A stretch of DNA of 64,000 bases from Candidatus Saccharibacteria bacterium UBA2952. GTDB taxonomy: Bacteria; Patescibacteriota; Saccharimonadia; Saccharimonadales; Saccharimonadaceae. The DNA lies in NCBI GenBank assembly GCA_002348605.1, contig DEBQ01000006.1, positions 78,715 through 142,714 of the forward strand. The letters are read 5' to 3'. Position numbers and translations under genes: made by a program. This document shows positions 29,250 through 38,999 of the stretch, piece by piece (the stretch's first letter is position 1; each line of letters begins with the position of its first letter). Under the pieces are notes generated by a model. That model did not search any database and had not been told where the DNA came from. It saw only the letters and a list, made by a program, of their open reading frames with translations.

Positions 29250-30553
29250 TACGGCGCTAGTCGGTTGATGTCGCGTGGGAAGAGCGTGGCTTCTTTGACG
29301 TTATGCAGGCCAATGGTCTTTTGAACCAGGCGGTCGATACCGAAGCCGCAACCGCCATGTTGTGGCAAGCCGAACTTGAAGGCTGAAAGGTAGTACCTAA
29401 AGCCGTCTGCGTTCACGTCGAGTCCGGCGGCAGTCATTTGCTCGACCATTTTTTCGTAGTTGTTTTCACGAAGCGGCACGGTGGCAATTTCGAGGCCACG
29501 GAATAGTAGGTCGGCCCAAGCAACGGTGTCTTCTTTGAACTTATGGTAGAACTTGCCAGCTTCTTTTGGAAAGTCTGTGGCGTACACTAAATCGCTACCC
29601 AATTCTTTTCGGGCATAGTCAGCAATCCAGCGCTCTTCGTCCGGAATCAGGTCCTTTTCGTTCGTGGTATCGGTGCCAGTGGCTTTGGTGTACATATCGT
29701 GAATTTCGGCGATGGTGAATTTTGGTACATCGTCTGCCAACTTCAATTCGGGGGCGTTCAACGACTTTAGGTCGTCGGCATGTTTGTCGTATACGGCTCG
29801 AAGCGCGTGCTTGGTCATGTTGGCTACCATGTCCATGACTTCTTGGTGACTTTCAACAAAGCCCATTTCGAGGTCGAGCATAGTAAGTTCTGTCAGGTGG
29901 CGTGTAGTTGCCGAAGGTTCGGCCCGGTAGCTGTGCCCGATTTCATAGACTCGTTCGAACACACCAACCATGATCTGCTTATAAAACTGCGGGCTTTGAG
30001 CGAGCGTAGCGGTCTGGCCAAAGTAGTCTAGTTTAAATACTTCGGCGCCGCCTTCGGTCGGCTCGCCAAGTAGTTTCGGCGTGTCGATTTCTACGAACTC
30101 GTTTTCGTCGAGAAACTGCCTGAGTGAACGCGTCAATGCACCTCGAATCTTGAAGATCTTTTGTTCCTGCATGTTGCGCAGGTTTAACACGCGGTGCTCG
30201 AACAACGTGTCTAGGTTTTCAGATTTATGTGAAATAGGCTTGTCGATTTCAATCGGCGGTTCTTCGGTGACTGGACTTAACACCTCGACCGACACGTCGT
30301 GCAGTTCTGCTCCGCCTGGTGCACGCTCATCGGCAACAACAGTCCCAGTAAAGCTGACGACCGTTCCAACCTGCATGCCGCGTAGTTTTTCAAGTTCGTC
30401 TTTGCTGTCTATCAGATTCTGCGCCAGGCCACTACGGTCGCGTACGGTCAAAAAGTTCAGTCCACCAAGTAGGCGCTTTTTGTGCAGCCAACCTTGAATA
30501 GTAATTTGTTCACCGATGTGTGCGGGAATATCCCGAATAAGTGTTCTTGCCAT
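29249..30553 (-). CDS. aspS: Aspartate--tRNA ligase, compact archaeal/type-2 form (possibly non-discriminating)
   Basis: 434 aa; N-terminal OB fold, QSPQFYKQ, class II motif 2 FRAEPS..TRHLTE, motif 3 GGCGFGIDRL. Confidence 0.85.
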   Translation of the reverse strand: MARTLIRDIPAHIGEQITIQGWLHKKRLLGGLNFLTVRDRSGLAQNLIDSKDELEKLRGMQVGTVVSFTGTVVADERAPGGAELHDVSVEVLSPVTEEPPIEIDKPISHKSENLDTLFEHRVLNLRNMQEQKIFKIRGALTRSLRQFLDENEFVEIDTPKLLGEPTEGGAEVFKLDYFGQTATLAQSPQFYKQIMVGVFERVYEIGHSYRAEPSATTRHLTELTMLDLEMGFVESHQEVMDMVANMTKHALRAVYDKHADDLKSLNAPELKLADDVPKFTIAEIHDMYTKATGTDTTNEKDLIPDEERWIADYARKELGSDLVYATDFPKEAGKFYHKFKEDTVAWADLLFRGLEIATVPLRENNYEKMVEQMTAAGLDVNADGFRYYLSAFKFGLPQHGGCGFGIDRLVQKTIGLHNVKEATLFPRDINRLAP

Positions 30554-30643
30554 ATCTTGGCCATTATACCTTATTACCAGAGGTGATTGCCAGTGAGACG
30601 CGTTGCTGTCATACTATAGCTAAACCGTAAGCGTTATATAAAC

Positions 30644-32335
30644 ATGCATCATAACCAAGAAATATTTACCGAACTGAGCCTTGTCCTCGTTATCGTCGCG
30701 GGTATTTCTGTCGTTATGCGCCTGCTTCGGCAGCCGTTGATTCTTGGATATATATTGTCGGGAATTATTGTTGGGCCTCTACTGCTTGACCTAATTCATG
30801 CCAAAGAAGCGTTCGACGGCTTCAGCCAAATTGGTATCGCGCTACTACTGTTCATTATTGGCCTCGGGATGAATGCCGGAGTCATTAGAAGCCTAGGAAA
30901 AGTCTCAATTACGACCGCGGCGATCATTCTTACACTAGTCGGCGGGTCGGGAGTGGTTGCAACTTACCTGCTTGGGTTCGATATACGAACGGCGCTTGTT
31001 ATGGGAATAGCTCTGTTCTTTTCTAGCACCATCCTGATTTTGAAGGTACTTTCCGACAAGCGCGAGATTAGCCGACTGCATGGGCAAATCGCTATCGGTG
31101 TGATTCTGGTCGACGACATCGTAGCCACGCTCGCCATCGTGCTGGTGACTGCCGCGTCATCGGGTGGAGCGCAGGCCGGCGACCTATTGTCGCTGTTCGC
31201 CAAAGCGGGTGGCTTAGGGCTATTGCTGTACCTCGCTGGTGCTTATGTCATACCAAAGTTTTCAAAGGCATTAGCTAAGAATCAGGAATTACTGTTTGTT
31301 TTTGCCATTGCTTGGGGCTTCGGTATTGCCAGCCTGTTTGGACTTGCCGGGTTCTCCCATGAAGTCGGCGCCCTTTTTGCCGGCGTGTCACTCGCCGGAC
31401 TTCCTTATGCCATGGAAATGGGCACTCGGTTAAAACCGCTCCGAGATTTCTTTGTTGTACTATTCTTTGTAACACTTGGCGAACGGTTCTTGTTTGATGA
31501 TTTTGCCGCCACGTTGATTCCGGCATTGGTTCTTTCGGCTATCGTACTAATCGGCAAACCATTATTTACCATGGCCTCGCTTGGCGCACTTGGATATACG
31601 AAATTGACCAGCTTTAAAGCCGGCATTCACCTTAGCCAGATTAGTGAGTTCTCGATTGTGTTAGTCGTCCTTGCGACCCAGATCGGGCTCATAAGTGCGC
31701 GGGCCGCCAGCGTCATGACGCTGGTTGCGCTTATTACCATCGCCGCCAGTTCTTACCTTATGAAGTATGACGACCCACTTTACCGTCGCTTCCACAAGGT
31801 ACTGGGAATATTCGAACGACGCAACCCGACGGAACGAAAACAAAAACGCGGCCTGTACACCGCAATCCTATTTGGTTATCACCACGGCGGCCACGAATTC
31901 CTAAACCTGTTTCGCGACATGAAGCAGCGGTACCTGGTAGTAGACTATAACCCTGAAGTCATTGAGCACTTGGAGTCGCAAGGTATTCGCCACGCGTATG
32001 GCGACGCGACCGACACCGAGTTTCTAGAAGAAATTAACGCCGGCCATGCAAACTTCATAGCCAGCACCATTATTGACCGCCGGGTCAATATGCAACTCCT
32101 GACGTATCTTCACCGTTACTCAGAAGACATCACGTTCATTTGCCACGCCCGTACGTACGAAGACGCTTTGGAGCTGTACGAACACGGCGCCGCCTATGTT
32201 ATTCTGCCGCGCTTCTTAGGGTCCGAATATATTACCAGCCATATAAAACGTTACGGCATGGATAAAAAGGCTTTCGAAGGCTTCCGCGCCCGTCACATTG
32301 TAAGTATTGGTAAGGCTGCAGTCGAAAACGGTTAA
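30644..32335 (+). CDS. Cation:proton antiporter (CPA2/Kef-type) with C-terminal RCK/TrkA-N domain
   Basis: 563 aa with about 12 TM segments followed by a soluble Rossmann-like domain. Confidence 0.85.
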   Translation: MHHNQEIFTELSLVLVIVAGISVVMRLLRQPLILGYILSGIIVGPLLLDLIHAKEAFDGFSQIGIALLLFIIGLGMNAGVIRSLGKVSITTAAIILTLVGGSGVVATYLLGFDIRTALVMGIALFFSSTILILKVLSDKREISRLHGQIAIGVILVDDIVATLAIVLVTAASSGGAQAGDLLSLFAKAGGLGLLLYLAGAYVIPKFSKALAKNQELLFVFAIAWGFGIASLFGLAGFSHEVGALFAGVSLAGLPYAMEMGTRLKPLRDFFVVLFFVTLGERFLFDDFAATLIPALVLSAIVLIGKPLFTMASLGALGYTKLTSFKAGIHLSQISEFSIVLVVLATQIGLISARAASVMTLVALITIAASSYLMKYDDPLYRRFHKVLGIFERRNPTERKQKRGLYTAILFGYHHGGHEFLNLFRDMKQRYLVVDYNPEVIEHLESQGIRHAYGDATDTEFLEEINAGHANFIASTIIDRRVNMQLLTYLHRYSEDITFICHARTYEDALELYEHGAAYVILPRFLGSEYITSHIKRYGMDKKAFEGFRARHIVSIGKAAVENG

Positions 32336-33258
32336 CGGCGTTTGCCAAACAATGTCTTAATGATGTCACTGAGCGTGACAAGCCCCACCGTATCGCGTCC
32401 ATCGGTCACAATAAGCATATGGTGCTGAGAATTAAGCAGCAGGTTCATAGCAGTCGTAAGAGATTCTTCCGAATCGATCGACCTAACATCCGGATCCATG
32501 GCCGTTTCCACTTTGGCGGTGTGTTTGCGGGTCGTGTCGAGTGTCTGTACGTCGCGTAGCCGAAGAATGCCGACTATATCATCTGCTCCGCCACCGTTCA
32601 GCACCGGAAAGCTTTCGTGACCGGACCTGTGCAGGTCGTCAAGTACTAACGGGCCGAGTATCTCGTGCTTGCCTATGGTAAACATATCTTTCTTGTGTGT
32701 CATAACCTCTGACACTCGTCGGTCTTCAAAACGAAGACTACCAATAAGAAGGTGCCTTTCGTCGTCGCTTAACACGTGCCCACCGCGTTCAATTAGGTGT
32801 TCAAGCTCAGCTTTTGAGTCAAAGCCGTGGGCAGCACTAGTCATTCCGCCATGGCGTAACCAAACGAATACCTTTTTATACCGCTGCACGAAACCGAGTA
32901 GATTTACTTCTTGCTCGTTATATATCCGCTGACTAAAGCGGCGCAGTGGCCTTAGTCGAGACATGCTGCCAAACAGAACAGCAATGAACGCCGCGGCTAT
33001 GATTCCCCATGCCATGCCCAGCAGCCCAATCAATACCGGCACGGTAAGTACCAACAGAAGCGCCTGAACGATACGCAGAAATGACATGGCGTCGGCAAAA
33101 TACGAATCACGCAGCTCGTCGAGCACCGTATTTTCGCCGAGCTCACGCCGGCGCTTTAGTTCGAATGCGCTATGCCGTGGTCGGTTCGGCGTTACGGCCG
33201 CAAAAAACAACAGACCCACCAGAAGGATCACGAGTAACAGTGTGAGTGCCGTCGTCAT
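32332..33258 (-). CDS. CNNM/DUF21-like membrane protein with CBS pair
   Basis: 308 aa with TM segments followed by two CBS-like repeats; TACAAT 7 nt upstream of the ATG. Confidence 0.7.
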   Translation of the reverse strand: MTTALTLLLVILLVGLLFFAAVTPNRPRHSAFELKRRRELGENTVLDELRDSYFADAMSFLRIVQALLLVLTVPVLIGLLGMAWGIIAAAFIAVLFGSMSRLRPLRRFSQRIYNEQEVNLLGFVQRYKKVFVWLRHGGMTSAAHGFDSKAELEHLIERGGHVLSDDERHLLIGSLRFEDRRVSEVMTHKKDMFTIGKHEILGPLVLDDLHRSGHESFPVLNGGGADDIVGILRLRDVQTLDTTRKHTAKVETAMDPDVRSIDSEESLTTAMNLLLNSQHHMLIVTDGRDTVGLVTLSDIIKTLFGKRR

Positions 33259-33345
33259 CCACTTTATTGTACCCGAACGCGAACTATTGTTTCAAAGTGA
33301 ACTTTAGTACAATAGGAAGGACTTAATAAGGAGACTTACTGACAT

Positions 33346-34056
33346 ATGAGTGGACGTGGCTGGATAATTTTCGGAGTAATTTGCGTTGTGCTGTTCGGGG
33401 GGCTGATTTTTTGGTCGGGGCGCGACCGAATTGATGTCTCTAAAGTCGACACGAACAAAGTTCTGAGCGGGTCGGCGGCGTCTGGCAATATTGCTGACCG
33501 AACATTCGGCGATAAGGATGCCAAGGTCGTGCTTATCGAATACGGCGATTTTCAGTGCCCAGGTTGTGCTAGCGCGCACTCAGCCGTAAAAGCCATGAGC
33601 GAAAAGTACAAAGACAACCTCGCGTTCGTATTCCGTAACTTCCCGCTTACCAACATTCATCCGAACGCGCGTGCGGCATCTGCTGCTGCCGAAACTGCTG
33701 GCCAGCTTGGTAAGTACTGGGAAATGCATAACATGCTATACGAAAATCAAGACGAATGGTCGAGTGCATCGACTGAAGATCGCACCGGAATCTTTGCCGG
33801 CTACGCTGAGCGGATTGGCCTTGATAAAAAGACATTCACCGCCAAGCTTAACGACACCGCGAGCGTCAGCAAAAAGATCAACTTCGACTTAGCCCTGGGA
33901 CGCAAACTAAACGTCAGCGGCACGCCGACCTTTTACCTGAACGGAAAGAAGCTGGCCGAGAACCAATATAGCGGCGAAGAAGCGCTTGAAAAGACGCTGC
34001 TCGAAGAGTTCAAGAAACAAAACATCACCGTTACACAAACGACCGAAAACCAATAA
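33346..34056 (+). CDS. DsbA-family thiol:disulfide oxidoreductase, membrane-anchored
   Basis: N-terminal TM and a CPGC active site in a thioredoxin fold; AAGGAG SD. Confidence 0.8.
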   Translation: MSGRGWIIFGVICVVLFGGLIFWSGRDRIDVSKVDTNKVLSGSAASGNIADRTFGDKDAKVVLIEYGDFQCPGCASAHSAVKAMSEKYKDNLAFVFRNFPLTNIHPNARAASAAAETAGQLGKYWEMHNMLYENQDEWSSASTEDRTGIFAGYAERIGLDKKTFTAKLNDTASVSKKINFDLALGRKLNVSGTPTFYLNGKKLAENQYSGEEALEKTLLEEFKKQNITVTQTTENQ

Positions 34057-34111
34057 GCAACCATCGTGGCCACGCTTGCTCCCCGCAGGGTGGACAGTAT
34101 AGAGTAGGTAT

Positions 34112-34762
34112 ATGAATAAGCCCGTCAAAGACATTGTAAAAACGTTTTTCGATGGGCACCCTCTCGTGCGCTACAGCAAGGGAGAAATCCTGCTTCGCCC
34201 TGACGAAACTCTCACCAATGTCTTTTATCTCGTCGAGGGTCAAGTCGTCGAATACGATATTTCGACCGCCGGTAACGAAGTGGTCATAAACGCGTTCAAG
34301 CCCGGGGCATTCTTTCCGATGTCACTGGCAATGAACAACGTACATAATGATTATTTCTTTGAAGCAGCCACGAAATTGTCGGTACGGGAGGCACCTGCTG
34401 ACGAAGTTGTCCAATTTATCCGCGAAAATCCTGACGTGTGTTATGACCTGCTGCGCCGCGTATATCTTGGCACCGACGGACTGCTTCGGCGCATGGCCCA
34501 CTTAATGGGAGGCAAAGCCCGCAGTCGTCTGGTTTTCGAACTTCTTAACGGCGCGGCCCGATTCGGCGAAAAGCGCTCCGGTAACGCCGTTCATATTCCT
34601 ATGACCGAAAAAGATATCGCTAAACGTTCAGGCCTCTCACGAGAAACAGTCAGCCGCACTATGCACGCATTAAAAGATGAAGGCCTTGTGTCTGTCCGCG
34701 CTAACGGACTATACATACCAGACACCAAAAAGCTCGAAGCCGTTATTGGCAACCAACTCTAG
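34112..34762 (+). CDS. Crp/Fnr family transcriptional regulator
   Basis: 216 aa with a cNMP-binding-like beta-roll and a C-terminal HTH (RSGLSRETVSRTMHALKDEG). Confidence 0.8.
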   Translation: MNKPVKDIVKTFFDGHPLVRYSKGEILLRPDETLTNVFYLVEGQVVEYDISTAGNEVVINAFKPGAFFPMSLAMNNVHNDYFFEAATKLSVREAPADEVVQFIRENPDVCYDLLRRVYLGTDGLLRRMAHLMGGKARSRLVFELLNGAARFGEKRSGNAVHIPMTEKDIAKRSGLSRETVSRTMHALKDEGLVSVRANGLYIPDTKKLEAVIGNQL

Positions 34763-36188
34763 TTACCGAACAAAGTCTTAGCGCGTACGAGCCTACCGTA
34801 AAAACATGTCGTATGGCTTGTATGATGCTTGCGATGGCGACCAGTAGTTTTTTCACCATCAAACGCGCGCTTCCATCTTCACTATCTACCACGCCACATT
34901 CTGCTTCGTCCAATCGCTCAATCTCATCGATCAGATTCCACTCGACGGTCAGCGCCGACAACGATTCAATAAGCTCGGGCGTGTACGCCACTCCGGCTGC
35001 TTCGAATATTTCCACGTACAGTAAAGCCCGCTCTTCTTTGGTTTCGACATCAAGCGTGGTCGTCGCCTCCAAAATCTCATGTACGATTTCCTCTACGCTC
35101 CCGCCGTCTTCAGGCATGTCGGACACGATTAGCTCAGCAAGCTGTATGAGCTCGTTTTCAACTTCTTCCGCCACTACGCCGAGGGGTTCAACCTGAGTAG
35201 GCTCAAGTATGTCTATGTGTTCAGGCTCGTCTATTTCGGGACCAAAGTCAGACGAAAGTTCGATCAAATCCTCGTCGGCAATCGCCAAGTCGGGTTCTTC
35301 AGTCGATGTTGTTTGCGCGTTTTCGACAATCTTTGGATCTTCGACAAACTCATAGTCCGAAACTTCAACATAGCTCTCTGCTTCGTACTGCACGGTCAGC
35401 TGTTCGTCGTCTATTACCGCGTCGTTTTCTTCACGTACAAAGTCGGTTGCTTCAGTTGTCGCCATGTTCGGTATTTCAATTGCTACGTGCGCGTCCGGCC
35501 AGGATTCAAGAATCTGTGGTTCGTTGACATCGGCGAGCTGCGTGGTGTCTACGATTTGTTCTTCTTCGGTGTGTTCATTCGTTTCGCTTCTTTGAGTTAC
35601 AACATCCGGAGTTATTCCATCTTCTTCATTTTTATCAATAATCTTGCGTTCAATCGGGTCGCTTCTTAACCTACCAATGTCTTTTGCGGCGACATCGACA
35701 AATGTACTGGGGATCGTTTCCGCGGGAACAGGCGGGATGATAATCTGCGCAGGTGCCTCCTTTTTTTGCCGCGTATCAGGCTGTTCGAGATCCTTCTCAA
35801 CTTGAGTTTGTTCTACGACGCTGCGTATAGGCTGGTCTTCTGGCTGCAGCGGCACAAAGGTTGGCACGTTCTCGCTTTCTTCCGGTGAATCTTCTTCGAG
35901 TTCCATGGGTTCGATTGACGCGCGCGCCAGCAAACCTTCCGCATAGGCAATCAGATTCGATTCATTTTCGGGAGTCCACGGGCCGGGATGTCTGTTCATA
36001 GCTGCACTCAGTGTCAATGTCTCGCCTTCAATATCGACAAGCACATCCTGGTACGTGAATATCAGGCTATACAGCGTTTCGTCGTCCCATGCCGGATTAA
36101 TGTATTCCGGAACCAGGTCGTCAGATTCCATGACAAGCGACTCTGGTGCTAGTTCGTACGCCGACTCATAATAAAGTGTTTCGCTCAC
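34743..36188 (-). CDS. Extremely acidic hypothetical protein with hydrophobic C-terminal segment
   Basis: 481 aa, very rich in Glu/Asp throughout; GTG start with GAGG SD; 30 nt downstream of nrdJ on the same strand. Confidence 0.6.
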   Translation of the reverse strand: MSETLYYESAYELAPESLVMESDDLVPEYINPAWDDETLYSLIFTYQDVLVDIEGETLTLSAAMNRHPGPWTPENESNLIAYAEGLLARASIEPMELEEDSPEESENVPTFVPLQPEDQPIRSVVEQTQVEKDLEQPDTRQKKEAPAQIIIPPVPAETIPSTFVDVAAKDIGRLRSDPIERKIIDKNEEDGITPDVVTQRSETNEHTEEEQIVDTTQLADVNEPQILESWPDAHVAIEIPNMATTEATDFVREENDAVIDDEQLTVQYEAESYVEVSDYEFVEDPKIVENAQTTSTEEPDLAIADEDLIELSSDFGPEIDEPEHIDILEPTQVEPLGVVAEEVENELIQLAELIVSDMPEDGGSVEEIVHEILEATTTLDVETKEERALLYVEIFEAAGVAYTPELIESLSALTVEWNLIDEIERLDEAECGVVDSEDGSARLMVKKLLVAIASIIQAIRHVFTVGSYALRLCSVTRVGCQ

Positions 36189-36218
36189 CTATCTTTCGCC
36201 TCAATTAATTATTCGTGC

Positions 36219-38507
36219 CTAGACTTCGCAGACACCGCCGGCACAAGCTAGTTCTTTAGCACCTGTCGTCTGGTCGTTCCGCTCGTAAATCACCAGTTTC
36301 GAAAAGTCCAATGTACCCAACGCGGCCGCACGCTTATCGTATTCCGCTTCAGTTATTTCTTCGTACGGCGCCAGTTGGTAAACATGGTCGTTGCGCGGCA
36401 GGAATGATAGTCCCCCTACTATATCCCAGTTCTCGTATACGAAATTGGCAATGCCAAGCCATTCGTCATCACTCGCATAAATCGTGACTGACGGGTTGTG
36501 TTCAGTAAAGTGGGTTTTAAGCCGTTTCCATTCTTCCAGCATAGTTAAGGCTGACACATCCTTGGCTACAATGGCGCCTTCAGGTGCCTTAACCGGAAAC
36601 TCCAGGACCATCGTCGTAGCAGTTGCGGTCGAGTATCCAACTTCAGGAAACATCGGCACGCCTTGGTCTTTGGCCAGTTTCAAGAGCGGATCGTTAACGC
36701 TGATACGAACACGGCGGATATAGTGCTTGGCGAACCATGGGTGCATACCCGACCCGACACCTAATAGCTGGCCGGAGTTTCCATGTGGCTTAACGCAGGT
36801 AATCGCTTTGGATTCGTTGGTGCCAAGTTTTTTAGCGTAGACTTTATTCGCTTTTATGGCTTCAGCGCGGAGCGCTTCTAAGTTATCGTCATCACGGACG
36901 ATTTCATTATCGTAGTAACCAGTAATCGATACGCCCAGCAGTTGTTCTGCTTCACAATTATCACGCCACGCTTTATCTAGGTAACCAAAATCAAGTAGCG
37001 TCGCTTGGTATGTTCCAACGAGTGTCGCGAGCCGCATTTTGCGCTTCAAATTCTCCATGTCGTCGTCAGGCCGAACAACGATTGAAGTTAAGTTACAAAA
37101 CTGCTTTGGTCGCAGGTAAATCTCACCGCAAGGGTTTACACCGACTTGTGGAATGTCTTTGATTTCGGCCCAGCGTCGTGCCGGTACTTGTTTTTCTAGA
37201 CCTCCACGGTTGAAGATTCCGCGCTCACCGGTACCCGATGTAACCAGAGCAGACCATTCTTCAAGGAACTCTGCAGCCGTAGGTTTGACTTCATAGACGG
37301 CTGAGTTGTTGGCCATTGAACGTTGGCCTTCAGTGGTCCAAAACGTTCCTTTTTTCGAGTCGCGCATTGCTTGGTCGTCAAACGACGACAGTGAGATAAG
37401 CGCTGAACGCCGAACGCCGCCAGCCACGACAATTAAGCCAATCTGACAAATAATGTCGTGAAGATCCAACGTACTCAGTCGTCGTCCTTGGCGTGACAGC
37501 ATTTTGCCGCGGGTAAATTCCATTAGGTCGCGTAGCGGTGCCGGGCCAGAGGATCGTCCGCCCATGGTAGTAAGCCGCGCACCAGCCGGTCGTAGTTTTG
37601 AATAATCAATCTCAACATCGTAGCCACTTGACCATAATTCACACGCCTTGGTGTAGGCTTCGCACCAACCTTCTTTGCTGTCTTCAACCACAATCGCCGG
37701 TTTGGTTTTGCCAGTTTGTTTTTTGATTTGTGGGAACTGCTCGACGTTTTCCGGCTCGACCGTAAATCCGCACCCGGCCCCACACATCGACACGTACATT
37801 ATTTCTGACAGGTCACGCCAATTGGTCGGAGCGATGTAGGCACAGTTGTAAGCGCAGACATTCGTGGCGCGGCAGGCGTCACCAGCAGACCAAAGCAGCC
37901 GCATGGACGGGCAAATTTCGCGGTTAATAATTGCTTCGCGAACTTCTTTGTATTCGGATTCTTTTAGCGACGAACCAAGCCGTTCATGCATGTAGTCCAT
38001 AAACCGGTCGATCGCTTCGACCCATGTTTCACGGCGACCTAGGTCGTCACGCCAACGGGCATAGAACTGATAAAAAATAAATTCTTGGTAGGTCGACGCG
38101 AAATATTTGCCGCTTTCGGCCACCTTTTCGCGGACTTCGTTCGGGACTGAAAGTTCCATCTCACGCCGTCGCGCGTGCTCCTCACGATACAAAATAAATG
38201 CTTTTGCCGTTACCATGTAGCCCGACTTCATGAGCTGACGTTCAACTTCGTCCTGAATCGATTCAACGTCGGGAACGAACCCTTCATGCTTCCTAGCCAC
38301 CGCCCTCAGTTTGGTCGCCACATCGTGGGCTACTACAGCAGCCTCGTCGAACGACCCCTCGCCAGTTTCTTCGAGTGCTTTGGTAATTGCGCTGACGATC
38401 TTACCGAGTTCGAACGGCACCAGCCGGTCGTCTCGCTTACGGACAACAGGTAGCAGCTCCCTTCTTTTTGCAGTATTGTCCTTTTTGGTTGAGGTTTGTG
38501 TTTCCAT
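36219..38507 (-). CDS. nrdJ: Adenosylcobalamin-dependent (class II) ribonucleotide reductase with N-terminal ATP-cone
   Basis: ATP-cone VVRKRDDRLVPFELGKI, then VNPCGEI and CNLTSI active-site motifs. ATG at 38507 preferred over the TTG at 38609 used by the track. Confidence 0.9.
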   Translation of the reverse strand: METQTSTKKDNTAKRRELLPVVRKRDDRLVPFELGKIVSAITKALEETGEGSFDEAAVVAHDVATKLRAVARKHEGFVPDVESIQDEVERQLMKSGYMVTAKAFILYREEHARRREMELSVPNEVREKVAESGKYFASTYQEFIFYQFYARWRDDLGRRETWVEAIDRFMDYMHERLGSSLKESEYKEVREAIINREICPSMRLLWSAGDACRATNVCAYNCAYIAPTNWRDLSEIMYVSMCGAGCGFTVEPENVEQFPQIKKQTGKTKPAIVVEDSKEGWCEAYTKACELWSSGYDVEIDYSKLRPAGARLTTMGGRSSGPAPLRDLMEFTRGKMLSRQGRRLSTLDLHDIICQIGLIVVAGGVRRSALISLSSFDDQAMRDSKKGTFWTTEGQRSMANNSAVYEVKPTAAEFLEEWSALVTSGTGERGIFNRGGLEKQVPARRWAEIKDIPQVGVNPCGEIYLRPKQFCNLTSIVVRPDDDMENLKRKMRLATLVGTYQATLLDFGYLDKAWRDNCEAEQLLGVSITGYYDNEIVRDDDNLEALRAEAIKANKVYAKKLGTNESKAITCVKPHGNSGQLLGVGSGMHPWFAKHYIRRVRISVNDPLLKLAKDQGVPMFPEVGYSTATATTMVLEFPVKAPEGAIVAKDVSALTMLEEWKRLKTHFTEHNPSVTIYASDDEWLGIANFVYENWDIVGGLSFLPRNDHVYQLAPYEEITEAEYDKRAAALGTLDFSKLVIYERNDQTTGAKELACAGGVCEV

Positions 38508-38639
38508 GCGTAAAAAGCCCCTTTCACGGTGTCTTAGATTTAGATTATGTCCGCCTCCACGCTGCGTAGCGTCATTGTAATGGCTCACGACACTAGGTAC
38601 GTGTGACAATAGTCATTCCGACTGATTTTACAACGAATC

Positions 38640-38668
38640 AAAAATCGCCCCGGTGCCTTGGGACGATT
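38640..38668 (-). terminator. Intrinsic terminator-like hairpin inside the corA-nrdJ intergenic region
   Basis: Minus strand AAUCGUCCC-aaggcacc-GGGGCGAUU followed by UUUU, about 135 nt upstream of the nrdJ ATG. Confidence 0.6.
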
Positions 38669-38916
38669 CTATTTTTACGGGATGTGCGCGGAACTAGGTT
38701 CTGCACACGAGTCGAACATTACTGTTCAATATACTTTTGCCATTCGGCAGGCACCACATCCACTGCGATCCGTTTGCTCCTTGACGGTGCAAACTCGATT
38801 GCGATTGGCATGTAGTTTATGCTCCATGTACGTGCTTAAAGGACGTACTTGTTCTTCTAAAGCGCATTCGACCTTTATATTAAATTTCGTTTTTGGCGCC
38901 GAAGAACACAACGATA

Positions 38917-38945
38917 ATAGTACCAAATAGTGCAAGCTGCGTCAA
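38917..38945 (-). promoter_or_regulatory. Putative promoter TTGACG-N17-TACTAT
   Basis: rc 38940-38945 is TTGACG, rc 38917-38922 is TACTAT; about 55 nt downstream of the corA stop. Confidence 0.5.
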
Positions 38946-38999
38946 CCCGTAGCATGTGCAACAAGCTTATTCTTACCCCTGTTAATGGTCATGTTTTGG

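Noticed and set aside
38590-38604. An NrdR-box-like palindrome ACAC-N7-GTGT upstream of nrdJ.
   Set aside because: The spacing is one nt short of the 16-bp consensus, and the central AT-rich core is absent. There is no second box at the usual ~31-bp distance. No zinc-ribbon NrdR is seen in this window.
38700-38800. A cobalamin riboswitch in the nrdJ upstream region (GGUGCCUGCC and CCACUG-like strings).
   Set aside because: These are isolated partial matches, and the CCACTG string is on the wrong strand. The B12-box context and flanking helices are missing. B12 riboswitches normally repress B12-independent isozymes rather than nrdJ.
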